From contig JAPPFK010000051.1 in NCBI GenBank assembly GCA_028823885.1, forward strand, positions 1-59,090: a stretch of 59,090 nucleotides of DNA, in the 5' to 3' direction. How positions within the stretch are numbered: position 1 is the stretch's first letter; the number at the start of each line of letters is the position of its first letter. The stretch is from Rhodospirillales bacterium. Its GTDB lineage: Bacteria; Pseudomonadota; Alphaproteobacteria; Rhodospirillales; UBA2165. This document shows positions 1 to 9,674 of this stretch, piece by piece. The notes beneath the pieces are model-generated. The model searched no databases. It was not told the DNA's origin and worked only from the letters and a program-made list of their open reading frames with translations. Both the position numbers and the translations under genes were made by a program.

Positions 1-322
<322 letters not shown>

Positions 323-671
323 AACTTCCCATAGAGTTGGGAGATAACGGAGTTTAGAAGTCTGTCTCATACAAACTGACGAAATTATCCGATGCGTCCC
401 AGCCGAAGCTGAAACCGCACCGAGTAAGTTACGCACAAACTAGATGCACAAGACAAACGATCCGTGTCGCCATCGCGACCGACCGTCGCCTGCGCATCCC
501 TTCTCTATCAACAATGTCCAAGAGCACTGACCGCTGCGAAATTCATCCCAACGAACTGGTCTGAATTTTGGGCCGCAGAGACCACACGAGCGCGGATGAC
601 CGCGCCCGGGAAAACGGGTTCTAAGGGCGGTTCGCAGAACTGTCAAACCCTAAATCCCGCCGGAAACGAAA

Positions 672-699
672 AAATATACCCATTCGATTGGAATCGCAA
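672..699 (-). promoter_or_regulatory. Candidate rrn promoter (-35 TTGCGA, -10 TATATT-like on the minus strand)
   Basis: The reverse complement contains cTTGCGAttccaatcgaatgggTATATTtttt about 350 nt upstream of the mature 16S 5' end. The spacer is only 15-16 nt, so this is tentative. Confidence 0.25.
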
Positions 700-794
700 A
701 TCGGGCTTCGTTTACCTTTCGTTTAGATACCGGTGATATGACCGCAAGCAGTTGAAATCCGCCCACTATTGGGGGACTTGCGAGGTATTCCATT

Positions 795-1313
795 ATGTTC
801 GGCAAGAAACGCGTTCTTCCCGTCGTCACACTCATTTCCGCATTGGCTCTTGGCGCCTGCACACAGGGCATCGGATTAACCGCCACGCCGTCCGAAAACA
901 AACGGGATTCGGGGCCGCAACCAAGCTTTGCCCAGTTCTCCGATATTCCGATTCCGACGGGTGCCGTCATGAACCTTGATCGTACCCTGGTACTTGGCAG
1001 CAAGGAGGTCTGGGTGGGTCGCCTGGTCATGTCGTCATCCCACAAGTCCGCCGATATGTTCGCCTTTTTCAAACAGCGTTCGCCGGAATTCGGCTGGCAG
1101 GAGGTTACATCCGTCCGCTCGGAAATCAGCGTTCTTACCTTTACCAGGGCGGAGCGCGTGATGACGGTTCAGATCAAATCCAAAACTCTCCGGGGCACGT
1201 CGATGGATATCACCGTGGCGCCCCGCGAGAACGGCTCGGTCGCTTCGTCCGGCGGGTTAATGCCCCCGGTGACAAACCTGCCGCCGCGAGCACCCATTCA
1301 GCGGTTCAATTAA
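795..1313 (+). CDS. Hypothetical lipoprotein
   Basis: The N-terminus MFGKKRVLPVVTLISALALGAC has a signal peptide with lipobox L-G-A-C. I recognise no catalytic motif. Confidence 0.7.
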   Translation: MFGKKRVLPVVTLISALALGACTQGIGLTATPSENKRDSGPQPSFAQFSDIPIPTGAVMNLDRTLVLGSKEVWVGRLVMSSSHKSADMFAFFKQRSPEFGWQEVTSVRSEISVLTFTRAERVMTVQIKSKTLRGTSMDITVAPRENGSVASSGGLMPPVTNLPPRAPIQRFN

Positions 1314-1392
1314 ACCCTCTATCTCCTGACGTGATTCTCCGACCGGCGCGTGGCAAACTGCGCGGCTGAAATCTCAGCCGTGGAGAAAACCC

Positions 1393-2640
1393 GTGACCGA
1401 AGTCGTCATCGTCGATGGTGTGCGCTCGCCGATAGGAAAGTTTGGTGGCGCACTGTCGAGCGTACGCCCCGATGATCTCCTGGGCGACGTCTACAAATCG
1501 CTGATCGAGCGGACCGGCATCGATCCGTCCGAGTTGACGGAAGTATTCGCCGGTTGCGGCAACCAGGGCGGCGAAGACAACCGGGACGTCGCGCGCATGG
1601 CCATCCTGTTGTCGGGCATGCCGCACGAGGTGCCGGGGGTTACCGTCAACCGCAATTGCTCGTCGGCGCTCGAGGCGGTCAACCTCGCCGCCAAGACCAT
1701 CGTCGCCGGTGAGGGCGGTCTCGCGATCGGCAGCGGCGTCGAAAGCATGAGCCGGGCGCCTTTCGCCATGATGAAACCGGAACGCGTGCCGACCACGTCG
1801 GCCCCGAAAATGTGGGACACGACGGTCGGCTGGCGCTTCAACAACCCGAGGATGGACGAGCTCTATCCCATCGTCAGCCTCGGCGAAGGCGCCGAGATCA
1901 TGGCCGAGGAAATGCAGATCACCCGGGAGGAGCAGGATGCCCTGGCTCTCGAGAGCCACTCCAGGGCCATCGCCGCCATCAACGACGGCAGGTTTGCCGA
2001 TGAGATCGTGCCGATTACGGTGCCCCGGCGGCGGGGCGATCCCGTCATCGTCGATACGGACGAACACCCCCGCTACGCCAAGTCCAATGGCAGCTATGAG
2101 CTCGCCACCTCCTTGGACGATCTCGGCAAGCTGCGCCCGGCGTTCAAGAAGGACGGCACGGTCACGGCGGGAAATTCCAGCGGCATCAACGACGGGGCCG
2201 CCGCCCTCCTCCTCGCCAGCCGCGAGAAGGCCGAAGCCCTCGGCCTCAAGCCGATGCTGCGCTGGATCGGCTCGGCAAGCGCCGGCACCGACCCCAGCCA
2301 CTTCGCCTACGGCCCCATACCGGCGACGCAAAAGCTCCTGGACCGCTTTGCCCTCGGTATCGACGACATGGGCCTCATCGAACTCAACGAGGCATTCGCC
2401 TCCCAGGTCATCGGCTGCGAGCGCCAACTCGGGATCGATCACGCCAAGACGAATGTCAACGGCGGCGCCATCGCCTTGGGCCACCCGACCGGCTGTTCCG
2501 GATCACGCATTCTCGTCACACTGATGCACGAAATGAAACGGCGGGCGCCGGACCTGCCCAGGCCCTTCTATGGCTTGGCGACCCTCTGCGTCGGGGTCGG
2601 TATGGGCTCGGCCACGTTGGTCGAGTGGGTCGGCGATTAG
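1393..2640 (+). CDS. Thiolase (acetyl-CoA C-acyl/acetyltransferase family)
   Basis: GTG start preceded by GGAGAAAA. It shows thiolase hallmarks: VIVDGVRSPIGKFGG, NRNCSSALEAV (active-site Cys region), NVNGGAIALGHP and CVGVGMG. Confidence 0.9.
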   Translation: MTEVVIVDGVRSPIGKFGGALSSVRPDDLLGDVYKSLIERTGIDPSELTEVFAGCGNQGGEDNRDVARMAILLSGMPHEVPGVTVNRNCSSALEAVNLAAKTIVAGEGGLAIGSGVESMSRAPFAMMKPERVPTTSAPKMWDTTVGWRFNNPRMDELYPIVSLGEGAEIMAEEMQITREEQDALALESHSRAIAAINDGRFADEIVPITVPRRRGDPVIVDTDEHPRYAKSNGSYELATSLDDLGKLRPAFKKDGTVTAGNSSGINDGAAALLLASREKAEALGLKPMLRWIGSASAGTDPSHFAYGPIPATQKLLDRFALGIDDMGLIELNEAFASQVIGCERQLGIDHAKTNVNGGAIALGHPTGCSGSRILVTLMHEMKRRAPDLPRPFYGLATLCVGVGMGSATLVEWVGD

Positions 2641-2649
2641 GCCGCAGCC

Positions 2650-3864
2650 ATGCCTCGCCCCCTGGACGGAATTCGGGTCATCGGCCTCGAGCAGTATATG
2701 GCCGGCCCCTATTGCACCATGCTGTTGGCGGATGCCGGCGCCGAGGTCATCAAGATCGAACGGCCAGGCCGCGGCGACCCGCGCCGCGCCATGCCGCCCT
2801 TCGTCGAGAAGGACGGGGTCAAGAAGGCCGCCGGATACATGGGCTACAACCGCAACAAAAAGAGCCTCGCCCTCGATCTGCAATCCGAAGCGGGCCGGCA
2901 GGTATTCCGGGATCTGGCCGCCAAGTCCGACGTGGTGGTCGAGAACCTCCGCCCGGGCGCCATGGAGAAAATCGGTCTCGACTACGGGGCCCTCAAGGAG
3001 GGCAATCCCCGCCTGATCTGGGCCCTTATTTCCGGCTTCGGCCGCCTCGAAGGATATCGCGGCGCCTACAGCGACCGGCCCGCGTTCGACATCGTCGCCG
3101 AAGCGATGAGCGGCATCATGCATTTGGTGGGGTTTTCGGATAAACCGCCGTCCTGGACCATCTATGGGATGGCCGACATCTATACCGGCATGTGCACCGC
3201 CTATGGCGTCATGCAGGCCTTGTTCATGCGGGAGAAGACCGGCGAGGGGCAACTGGTCGACAGCGCCATGTTCGATGCCATGCTTTCGCTCAACGAGGCA
3301 ATGGTCACGGTGCATTCGGTAGCGGACCAGAACCCGAGCCGGGGGCGCTCCCGCAATGTCTGGCCGCGGGGCGCGTTCGAGTGCGCGGATGGTTATATCG
3401 CCCTCAATGTCCCGGATGAGATCATCTGGAAACGGCTGGCCGAAACGGTTGGTCATCCGGAACTGGCCGATGACCCCAAGAGCGACTCGGCGGCCGCGCG
3501 CGCCGACCATGCGGATGAGTTACGGCCGCTGATCGAGGGGTGGCTTAAGCAGCGCACCCGTGCCGAAGCCGTCGACGCGCTCAACGCGGCGGGCGTGCCC
3601 ACCGGGCCCGTGAATACGGCCGAGGACGTTTTCGCCGACCCGCATGTTCAAGAACGCGGGCTCCTGATGCCCATCGACGATCCTGAAGTGGGGGAATTCA
3701 GGTTTGCCCGGACGCCGGTTTTTCTCTCCGAAGCGCCGGAACTGCCTGCGAACGCCGCGCCTGCCCTCGGAGCCGACACCCATGATGTTCTTGGCGAAGT
3801 GTTGGGATACGATGAAGTTAGGATTAAGGCATTAGAATCGAACGGGACAATTCAAGGCAACTAG
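2650..3864 (+). CDS. Family III CoA-transferase (CaiB/BaiF type)
   Basis: The N-terminus LDGIRVIGLEQYMAGPYCTMLLADAGAEVIKIERPGRGDPRR is typical of the family. It starts 9 nt after the thiolase stop. Confidence 0.88.
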   Translation: MPRPLDGIRVIGLEQYMAGPYCTMLLADAGAEVIKIERPGRGDPRRAMPPFVEKDGVKKAAGYMGYNRNKKSLALDLQSEAGRQVFRDLAAKSDVVVENLRPGAMEKIGLDYGALKEGNPRLIWALISGFGRLEGYRGAYSDRPAFDIVAEAMSGIMHLVGFSDKPPSWTIYGMADIYTGMCTAYGVMQALFMREKTGEGQLVDSAMFDAMLSLNEAMVTVHSVADQNPSRGRSRNVWPRGAFECADGYIALNVPDEIIWKRLAETVGHPELADDPKSDSAAARADHADELRPLIEGWLKQRTRAEAVDALNAAGVPTGPVNTAEDVFADPHVQERGLLMPIDDPEVGEFRFARTPVFLSEAPELPANAAPALGADTHDVLGEVLGYDEVRIKALESNGTIQGN

Positions 3865-3953
3865 TAGATCGAACTCTTCACGCCTCACCATCTTGATTTG
3901 GAGCTTTTTTGCGAATGTGACCCAGGGACGGCTGATTAGGCACCCCATCATGG

Positions 3954-4226
3954 CTATCCGGATCGCGGAACAACGAAGCGAGCAAGATTCATTCCTTTAT
4001 TGACCTCAGCATAGTAGCTGTCGGGAATATCGGATCGCTCGACGATCCTCTGAGTGGATTCTTCGCTATCTCGCAGTTGATCGGCATAAATGATGCCAAA
4101 AAGGTGAATCATGGCAACCGTATCGCCTCTGGGAGCATTGCGATACATGCGGCTCAATTCGTTAGCGAGTTCCTGTGGGGTCATCGGACTCACTCTGTCT
4201 CGGCCTGCCGCTTTAGATACCCCCAC
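3954..4226 (-). CDS. Small hypothetical protein (76-90 aa) in a low-GC islet
   Basis: Open frame with a GTG start at 4226 or an ATG at 4184 (MTPQELANELSRMY...). Local GC is about 50%, well below the flanks. Family not recognised with confidence. Confidence 0.5.
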   Translation of the reverse strand: MGVSKAAGRDRVSPMTPQELANELSRMYRNAPRGDTVAMIHLFGIIYADQLRDSEESTQRIVERSDIPDSYYAEVNKGMNLARFVVPRSG

Positions 4227-4670
4227 TCGTCTTCGCGCTTCGGGGGCGTCGTCAGCAGCGGCCGCTTCGATGTGTCTGTCATGGCGTTCCTCTCTGCCCG
4301 CTAATCATGGCACAGGCGATTGTGGAAGCAAAGTGACGTGCCTCCCCACCAACCGCGCCGCCATGGTTTTTCCGCATTGCAAGACATGATTGGATCGAGT
4401 GCAGCTCCGGCGCACCGACCATTCTCTATCGAGTGGCAAATGGCGGGCATCGCGTTCCGACCCTCGAGCCGCAAGAACCAGGACCTCCCGGCCGGTCGGG
4501 CCGCCGCAGCCGGGATATGGAAACCGCCGAAGAAATTTGGTCCACATTCAAGACCATCAGACGACACTAGCACCTTCATGGTGAGCCCCGCCCGGCGGCG
4601 AATTCAGGATGACGAGAGGCGGCAGCTTCGCTATCGTTCTCTCAACACGTCGTTTCAGAGGAGGACGCCC

Positions 4671-5228
4671 ATGCTGCCCCCAGCACGAGTGTGGACCAAG
4701 GAAGAGATGATGAAGCGGGTCGCCCGCTTTGCCGACCTCAAGGGGTCGCGCGGCGGTCTCGATGACAGTGAACTGCCGGAATGCCACCGGGAACTCATCA
4801 ATGTCATTGGCTTTCAGCCGCCCGAGGATGACGGTTCCGGCACCATCCAATCACCGGTCGGCGTGGACGCATCGGCCGCCCCCGCGATTCCCATCTCGGA
4901 AGGCTTCAACATGGGCTTCGTCAAGGCCAAGCCCGGCTGCGGCCCGTTGATGCACAACCACGATACCAACGAAACCTTCATGCCCATCACCGGCACATGG
5001 CGGTGCGCCTGGAACGAGGGTGACGACTACGAGTACGTGGATGCCGGGCCGCTCGACGTGGTGTCCTTTCCGCCCGGCCTCCAACGCCGGTTCTTCAATG
5101 TCACCGAGGGCGAGCCGGACGAGGAGCACATCATGCTGTTCGTCATCGGCGGCGACAATCCAGGTGCGGAATACAGCGAGGACGCCTTCAGGATCATCAG
5201 GGAATACCAGGAGTCGAAGAAGGACTAG
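4671..5228 (+). CDS. Cupin-domain protein
   Basis: ATG at 4671 preceded by GAGGAGGA. The cupin-like motif is GPLMHNHDTNETFMPITG...VVSFPPG. The 117 codons upstream in ORF 4320..5228 look non-coding. Confidence 0.75.
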   Translation: MLPPARVWTKEEMMKRVARFADLKGSRGGLDDSELPECHRELINVIGFQPPEDDGSGTIQSPVGVDASAAPAIPISEGFNMGFVKAKPGCGPLMHNHDTNETFMPITGTWRCAWNEGDDYEYVDAGPLDVVSFPPGLQRRFFNVTEGEPDEEHIMLFVIGGDNPGAEYSEDAFRIIREYQESKKD

Positions 5229-5261
5229 CCCAATATCCCGTGCCGGCCGGGCGGTGCTGCG

Positions 5262-5813
5262 CTATTCGCCCTGGCGTTCCAGCGACGCCTTGATCCTGCG
5301 GAGGGGCTGGCCGTCGCGGATGCGCTCGAAGTCCAAGGACAATCCGCTGTCGGTGAGCGTCCGGTCGTAGGTCTGCATCTCGAAACCGCCATCGTCCAGA
5401 ATGATCATCGCATGGACGGTCAGTGTCTTGCCGGAAATTCTCGCCCAGACGTAGGGATCGCCCTTCAGGGGATCCAGAGGAACGCCCTTGCCGAATTTGT
5501 TGATCTTCATCGCCGAGCCGAAGATGCCCTCGCGGCGGCTCGGCCGAAAATTGATTTTGTAGGAAGCCCGTTTTGTCTTGCCGCCGGCTCGCCGGGTGAC
5601 CGTCGTCCACTCGACCGTAAATCCCTTGCGGAACGGCTTGATGACCACGTTGAGGTCGCGCTCGCTGGAGACGCCGTCTTTCCCGACCAGCGCCTTGCCG
5701 ACGTAGGTGCCGTAGAAAGCATCGATCGCGGTATCTTCCGCCTGGGCAAGACCCGAAAGCGCAACGGCAAATACCAGTCCAAGCGTCAGGTTTCTCAGGG
5801 TGCTCATCGCCAT
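5262..5813 (-). CDS. Secreted hypothetical protein
   Basis: Signal peptide MAMSTLRNLTLGLVFAVALSGLAQA/ED. No recognised domain. Confidence 0.7.
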   Translation of the reverse strand: MAMSTLRNLTLGLVFAVALSGLAQAEDTAIDAFYGTYVGKALVGKDGVSSERDLNVVIKPFRKGFTVEWTTVTRRAGGKTKRASYKINFRPSRREGIFGSAMKINKFGKGVPLDPLKGDPYVWARISGKTLTVHAMIILDDGGFEMQTYDRTLTDSGLSLDFERIRDGQPLRRIKASLERQGE

Positions 5814-5979
5814 TCTCGCGTCAATCGTCTGCCGGCTTCGGGCCGTTCAATGGGCTGTTCCCCGCAAGCTCGCGTTTGCCGTTTCTAAACCTACGAACGT
5901 TTCGCGGCGAAAAAAAGTCCGAATTGGTTGAAATTCGCCTGATTCGACGGCCAGCCCGTCCGTGCCCGACAAATTCCCG

Positions 5980-6951
5980 TCAGCCAAACCGATTCCGGGT
6001 ATGCCCCTCCCTCAGGTCCATCTCCGGTCCTTTTGGCACGATGCCGTTGGTGGGGATCGGGCCGGAGCCGCCATAAACCCCGTCCTTCATGCCGGCCACG
6101 TCGCAAACCCGGTCGATGCCGGGGGTCTGATAGAGGTCGCGGAGATATTCCGACAAATTGGGATAGTCCGCGATACGCCGGAGATTGCACTTGTATCCCA
6201 GATAGTAAATGGCATCGAAGCGCACCAGGTTGGGAAACAGACGCCAGTCGGCCAGCGTTTGCTCATCGCCGCACAGGTAGCGCTGTCGGCTGAGCCGTGC
6301 CTCCAGTTCGTCCAAGGTGCGGAAAAGCTTGTCGAAGGCCGCCTCATAGGCCTGCTGACTGACGCCTCGGCCGCACTCGTTCACGGCATTGTTGATGCCG
6401 TCGAGCACCATGGCATTGACCGCGTCGATGTCCTCCCTGAGTGCCGGGGGATAGTAGTCCGGGCTCGGAGGCGCAATCTCGTCAAACGCCCCGTTGAACA
6501 TGACGATGATCTCCGAACTCTCGTTGGACACGATCTTTCGCGTGTGCGAATCCCAAAGCGCCGGCACCGACACCCGGCCGGTGTACGTGGGTTCCGAAAG
6601 CGCGTAGACCTCGTGCAAATAGGCGGCGGACCGGTCGGTGCCCGGTACCACATGCGGTTCCACGAACGTCCAGCCCTGGCCGCCGATGGTTTGGCGCGTA
6701 TCCGTATGTCCGATGATCCCGTCCAGTTTCTTCAGGATTCGGACGAGCTCGGTCCGGTGGGCCCACGGACATGCGACCGAGGAATAAAGGTGGTACCGCC
6801 CGGCCTCGGCCGAAAAGCCTCCCTTTTCGTTGTCCCCGTCCGGTGTGATCCAGTTCCTGAATATGCTGTCGAACTTGACGTATTTTCCGTCGTCGCGGAC
6901 TTCCTTCAGGACGTCGTCATCGGTCCACTCGCCGTCAAGCAGATGTCCCAT
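5980..6951 (-). CDS. Xi-class glutathione transferase (glutathionyl-hydroquinone reductase, YqjG/ECM4-like)
   Basis: Contains the CPWAHR active-site motif (SSVACPWAHRTELV), and at 323 aa its length is typical of the class. Confidence 0.85.
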   Translation of the reverse strand: MGHLLDGEWTDDDVLKEVRDDGKYVKFDSIFRNWITPDGDNEKGGFSAEAGRYHLYSSVACPWAHRTELVRILKKLDGIIGHTDTRQTIGGQGWTFVEPHVVPGTDRSAAYLHEVYALSEPTYTGRVSVPALWDSHTRKIVSNESSEIIVMFNGAFDEIAPPSPDYYPPALREDIDAVNAMVLDGINNAVNECGRGVSQQAYEAAFDKLFRTLDELEARLSRQRYLCGDEQTLADWRLFPNLVRFDAIYYLGYKCNLRRIADYPNLSEYLRDLYQTPGIDRVCDVAGMKDGVYGGSGPIPTNGIVPKGPEMDLREGHTRNRFG

Positions 6952-6975
6952 ATTTCCCTCCCCGGATCGGTGGGC

Positions 6976-8154
6976 TTAAGCGAAAATTCCCAAGCCCTTC
7001 TCGCGAATGAAGCTTGCCGGTTGCCCCCACCATTCCCGGGCGCCGGACGCATACATCGACCGGAAATGGACCCGATGCTTCAAATTCTTGTTGTCCAGGT
7101 CGTCGAGGGGCGGTTGCTCGCCATAGAACCCGCCGCGGACCTTGCCGCCGACCACGAAGTGGGGCGCCGAGGTACCGTGATCGGTGCCCGCCGAATTGTT
7201 CTCGTCGGGCCGGCGGCCGAACTCCGCATAGGTCATCACAGCCACCTTGTCCCAGTTGCCGGTACGTTTCATGGCCGCGGCGAAGGCGGCAATCGCCCCT
7301 GCAACCTCTCCCAAAAGGTCCGCGTGCAGCTCCTTTTGTTCGATGTGCGTGTCGAACTGACCCAGCGAAAGCTTGATGAACGGGACTTTCGCACCCGATA
7401 CGATGAGGCGGGCGGCAGTCTCGAACTGCCTGCCAAGCTCCGTCTCGGGAAAGTTGCCGCCCGGATTCGTATCGGCGATCCGCTTGGCGACGAATTTGTC
7501 CGCCGCGCCGCGGAGATCACGCCGCTGTTTCAGCAGATGAGCAAGCGCCGGGTTGTCCGGCGGGGCCATGCCGCCGGTCCTGAGCCGCTTCGCCTGCTTA
7601 AGCAATTTGCCGGGCTCCTTGGGCAACCGGACGACGCGGGCGGCGCCGCCCATCAAGGGTCCGACCGAATTCCGCCCCATCACCAGGCCATCCGCCGCAT
7701 AGGACTTCGGCGGGCGGGATTCCCTGACCAGACGGGAGACCCACCCGTCATCCAATACTTCCTTGGAATCGGACGCGCTGTCCCAGATATCGATTCCCCT
7801 GAAATGAGACAGGTTCGGATCGGGATATCCGACGCCCAGGACGATGGCCAGGTCCCGGTCCCGCCACGAGCCCACCAAAGGTTCGAGCCGTGGGTGGAAT
7901 CCCAGCTTCTCGGTGAGCCGGATCACCTTGTCCTTCGGCACCGCGAGTTCGGGCCGCAGGGAATAGTATCTGGGGTCGGTGTAGGGTACGACGGTGTTCA
8001 AACCGTCATTGCCGCCATTCAGCTCGAGCAAAATGAGCGTCCGGTTCCAGCCGGCGTCGGCGGCATGGGCATCGCGCGGCATCAGAATCCCGTACGGCGC
8101 CGCCGAGACCGCGGCGGTCATGGATGAATAGGCGAGGAACTCCCGTCGGTTCAT
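6976..8154 (-). CDS. DUF1501-family protein with a twin-arginine signal
   Basis: N-terminus MNRREFLAYSSMTAAVSAAP (Tat motif RREFL). LELNGGNDGLNTVVPY and GTDHGT resemble the sulfatase/alkaline-phosphatase-like DUF1501 family. Confidence 0.85.
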   Translation of the reverse strand: MNRREFLAYSSMTAAVSAAPYGILMPRDAHAADAGWNRTLILLELNGGNDGLNTVVPYTDPRYYSLRPELAVPKDKVIRLTEKLGFHPRLEPLVGSWRDRDLAIVLGVGYPDPNLSHFRGIDIWDSASDSKEVLDDGWVSRLVRESRPPKSYAADGLVMGRNSVGPLMGGAARVVRLPKEPGKLLKQAKRLRTGGMAPPDNPALAHLLKQRRDLRGAADKFVAKRIADTNPGGNFPETELGRQFETAARLIVSGAKVPFIKLSLGQFDTHIEQKELHADLLGEVAGAIAAFAAAMKRTGNWDKVAVMTYAEFGRRPDENNSAGTDHGTSAPHFVVGGKVRGGFYGEQPPLDDLDNKNLKHRVHFRSMYASGAREWWGQPASFIREKGLGIFA

Positions 8155-8163
8155 GTTCGCCTC

Positions 8164-9564
8164 CTACTTCAACTGATAGACCGGATCGAGGGTCAGGTTT
8201 GCCAGGCGCTTTATGCCCTTGCCCTTCGTCGACCGCTGCATGACGGGGGCGGCCGCTAGCAGGAGACCGGGCAACCGCTCCCACTCCGATTCGAACGCCG
8301 CCTGCAAGGTTTCCGCATTCGTGGCGCCGAACGGCCCGGCCTTCATCATCCGGCCATTTTGCGCCGCCCGCCCCGCCCGGAGGCCCCGGTGAACCGCGCG
8401 GATGAACTGCTCCCGGCGCAGCGCCGTCGTGGAGGACAGCCAGGCCGTATGCCCGCGCCAGCCCTTCACGTCCGGCGGATCGAACAGCTCCTGACCCATA
8501 TTTTTCTGCCACCAGAAAGCCTTGACTGCCGGCGCCTGCTCGAAATGGAACAGACGCAGCGTGCCGATTACCAGATCGACCGGAGATTTCACCAGAATTC
8601 CCCGATTGGCGGGATCGCGAAAGGCCTTACTGAGCAACAGACTTCTCAGCAGCGGCTTGAGCTCATAGCCCGAATCGCGGAAGCCGTTGGCCAGTTCACG
8701 GACCGCCCGCGGGTCGGGCCCCCGGGAAACGAACTCCAGCCATAGTTTTTCGGTAATGAACTCCGCGACCTCGTTCCGGCGCAGGATGATCCGAAGCACG
8801 CTCATCCCGTCGTGGTTGCCGTCCACGCCGAGCACGGTCTTGATGTGGTTGTCGTGGCGGCCGAGTTTGAAATCGAACTTGCCGGTGTCCATGTCGACGG
8901 TCCAGCCCGTAAAGGCGCGGGCGGCCTCCCGGATATCCTTTTCCGTATAGCCCCTGCCCTCGCCCATGGAGAACAACTCGAGGACTTCGCGGGCGAAGTT
9001 CTCGTTGGGCTTGCCTTTGACGTTCTTATGCCCGTCCAGATACCAGAGCATCGCCGGATCGGTAGAAGCCTTGACCAGCATCTTGCCGAAATTGCCGAGG
9101 GCATATTTCCTGAAGATGGCGTTCTGATCATGGATCCATTGGCCGAACCGGACCTTGCGGCCCTCGGACACGAAGTGATTGTGCCAGAACAGGACGAGGT
9201 GCTCCGTCAGCGGCGAATCCGTCGCCAGCATTTCGCCTACCCACCACGCCTTCATCGCCTTTCGGTCCCCATTCACGCGCCGGTTAAAATCCCGGCGATC
9301 CTCGGCATTCATGCGCCGTACTTTCTTACGCTCAGTGGGGTCCGCCGCAAATTCGGGAACGGCCGTCACGGGTTCGGTCCGGACGCCGTCAAGCAAGTGA
9401 TCCACCGCCTGCTCGAAACTCATCGGCAGGAGTTTTTGGATGTCGGCCGGCTCGGCGACGCCGAATCCGGTCCGCGCCAAAAGATGCCGCGCCTCATCGT
9501 ATGTAATTGCCATACTTTGAGCCGGCCACAGGAAGACAAATCCGAGAACGAGAAGTAATCTCAT
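8164..9564 (-). CDS. DUF1800-family protein (exported)
   Basis: Likely start is MRLLLVLGFVFLWPAQSMA (signal peptide). The LVLFWHNHF motif is typical of DUF1800. The gene lies 9 nt upstream of the DUF1501 gene. Confidence 0.85.
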   Translation of the reverse strand: MRLLLVLGFVFLWPAQSMAITYDEARHLLARTGFGVAEPADIQKLLPMSFEQAVDHLLDGVRTEPVTAVPEFAADPTERKKVRRMNAEDRRDFNRRVNGDRKAMKAWWVGEMLATDSPLTEHLVLFWHNHFVSEGRKVRFGQWIHDQNAIFRKYALGNFGKMLVKASTDPAMLWYLDGHKNVKGKPNENFAREVLELFSMGEGRGYTEKDIREAARAFTGWTVDMDTGKFDFKLGRHDNHIKTVLGVDGNHDGMSVLRIILRRNEVAEFITEKLWLEFVSRGPDPRAVRELANGFRDSGYELKPLLRSLLLSKAFRDPANRGILVKSPVDLVIGTLRLFHFEQAPAVKAFWWQKNMGQELFDPPDVKGWRGHTAWLSSTTALRREQFIRAVHRGLRAGRAAQNGRMMKAGPFGATNAETLQAAFESEWERLPGLLLAAAPVMQRSTKGKGIKRLANLTLDPVYQLK

Positions 9565-9674
9565 AATATGCTGTCCGCCGATGGGCTTGACGATAATACA
9601 ATAGATGGCGGCGCGCGAGATGACTGTGACCGTGTTCACAGTTAGGGGCTATTCGGACACGCGGGAGATACGAA

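Noticed and set aside
4320-4670. The 117-codon N-terminal extension of the cupin ORF (start at 4320).
   Set aside because: The extension has no domain and a Pro/Arg-rich odd composition, whereas an internal ATG at 4671 is preceded by a strong GAGGAGGA. The extension is treated as non-coding.
5962-8127. Very long ORFs on the strand opposite to, or out of frame with, confident genes. Examples are 5962..8127 (721 aa), 41206..43545 (779 aa), 50042..51808 (588 aa), 16117..17847 (576 aa), 53170..54693 (507 aa), 20917..22536 (539 aa) and 24584..26059 (491 aa).
   Set aside because: They are Arg/Gly/Pro/Ala/His/Asp-rich with no recognisable domains. They fully overlap genes that carry clear family motifs and proper ribosome-binding sites. 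These are typical shadow ORFs of high-GC DNA.
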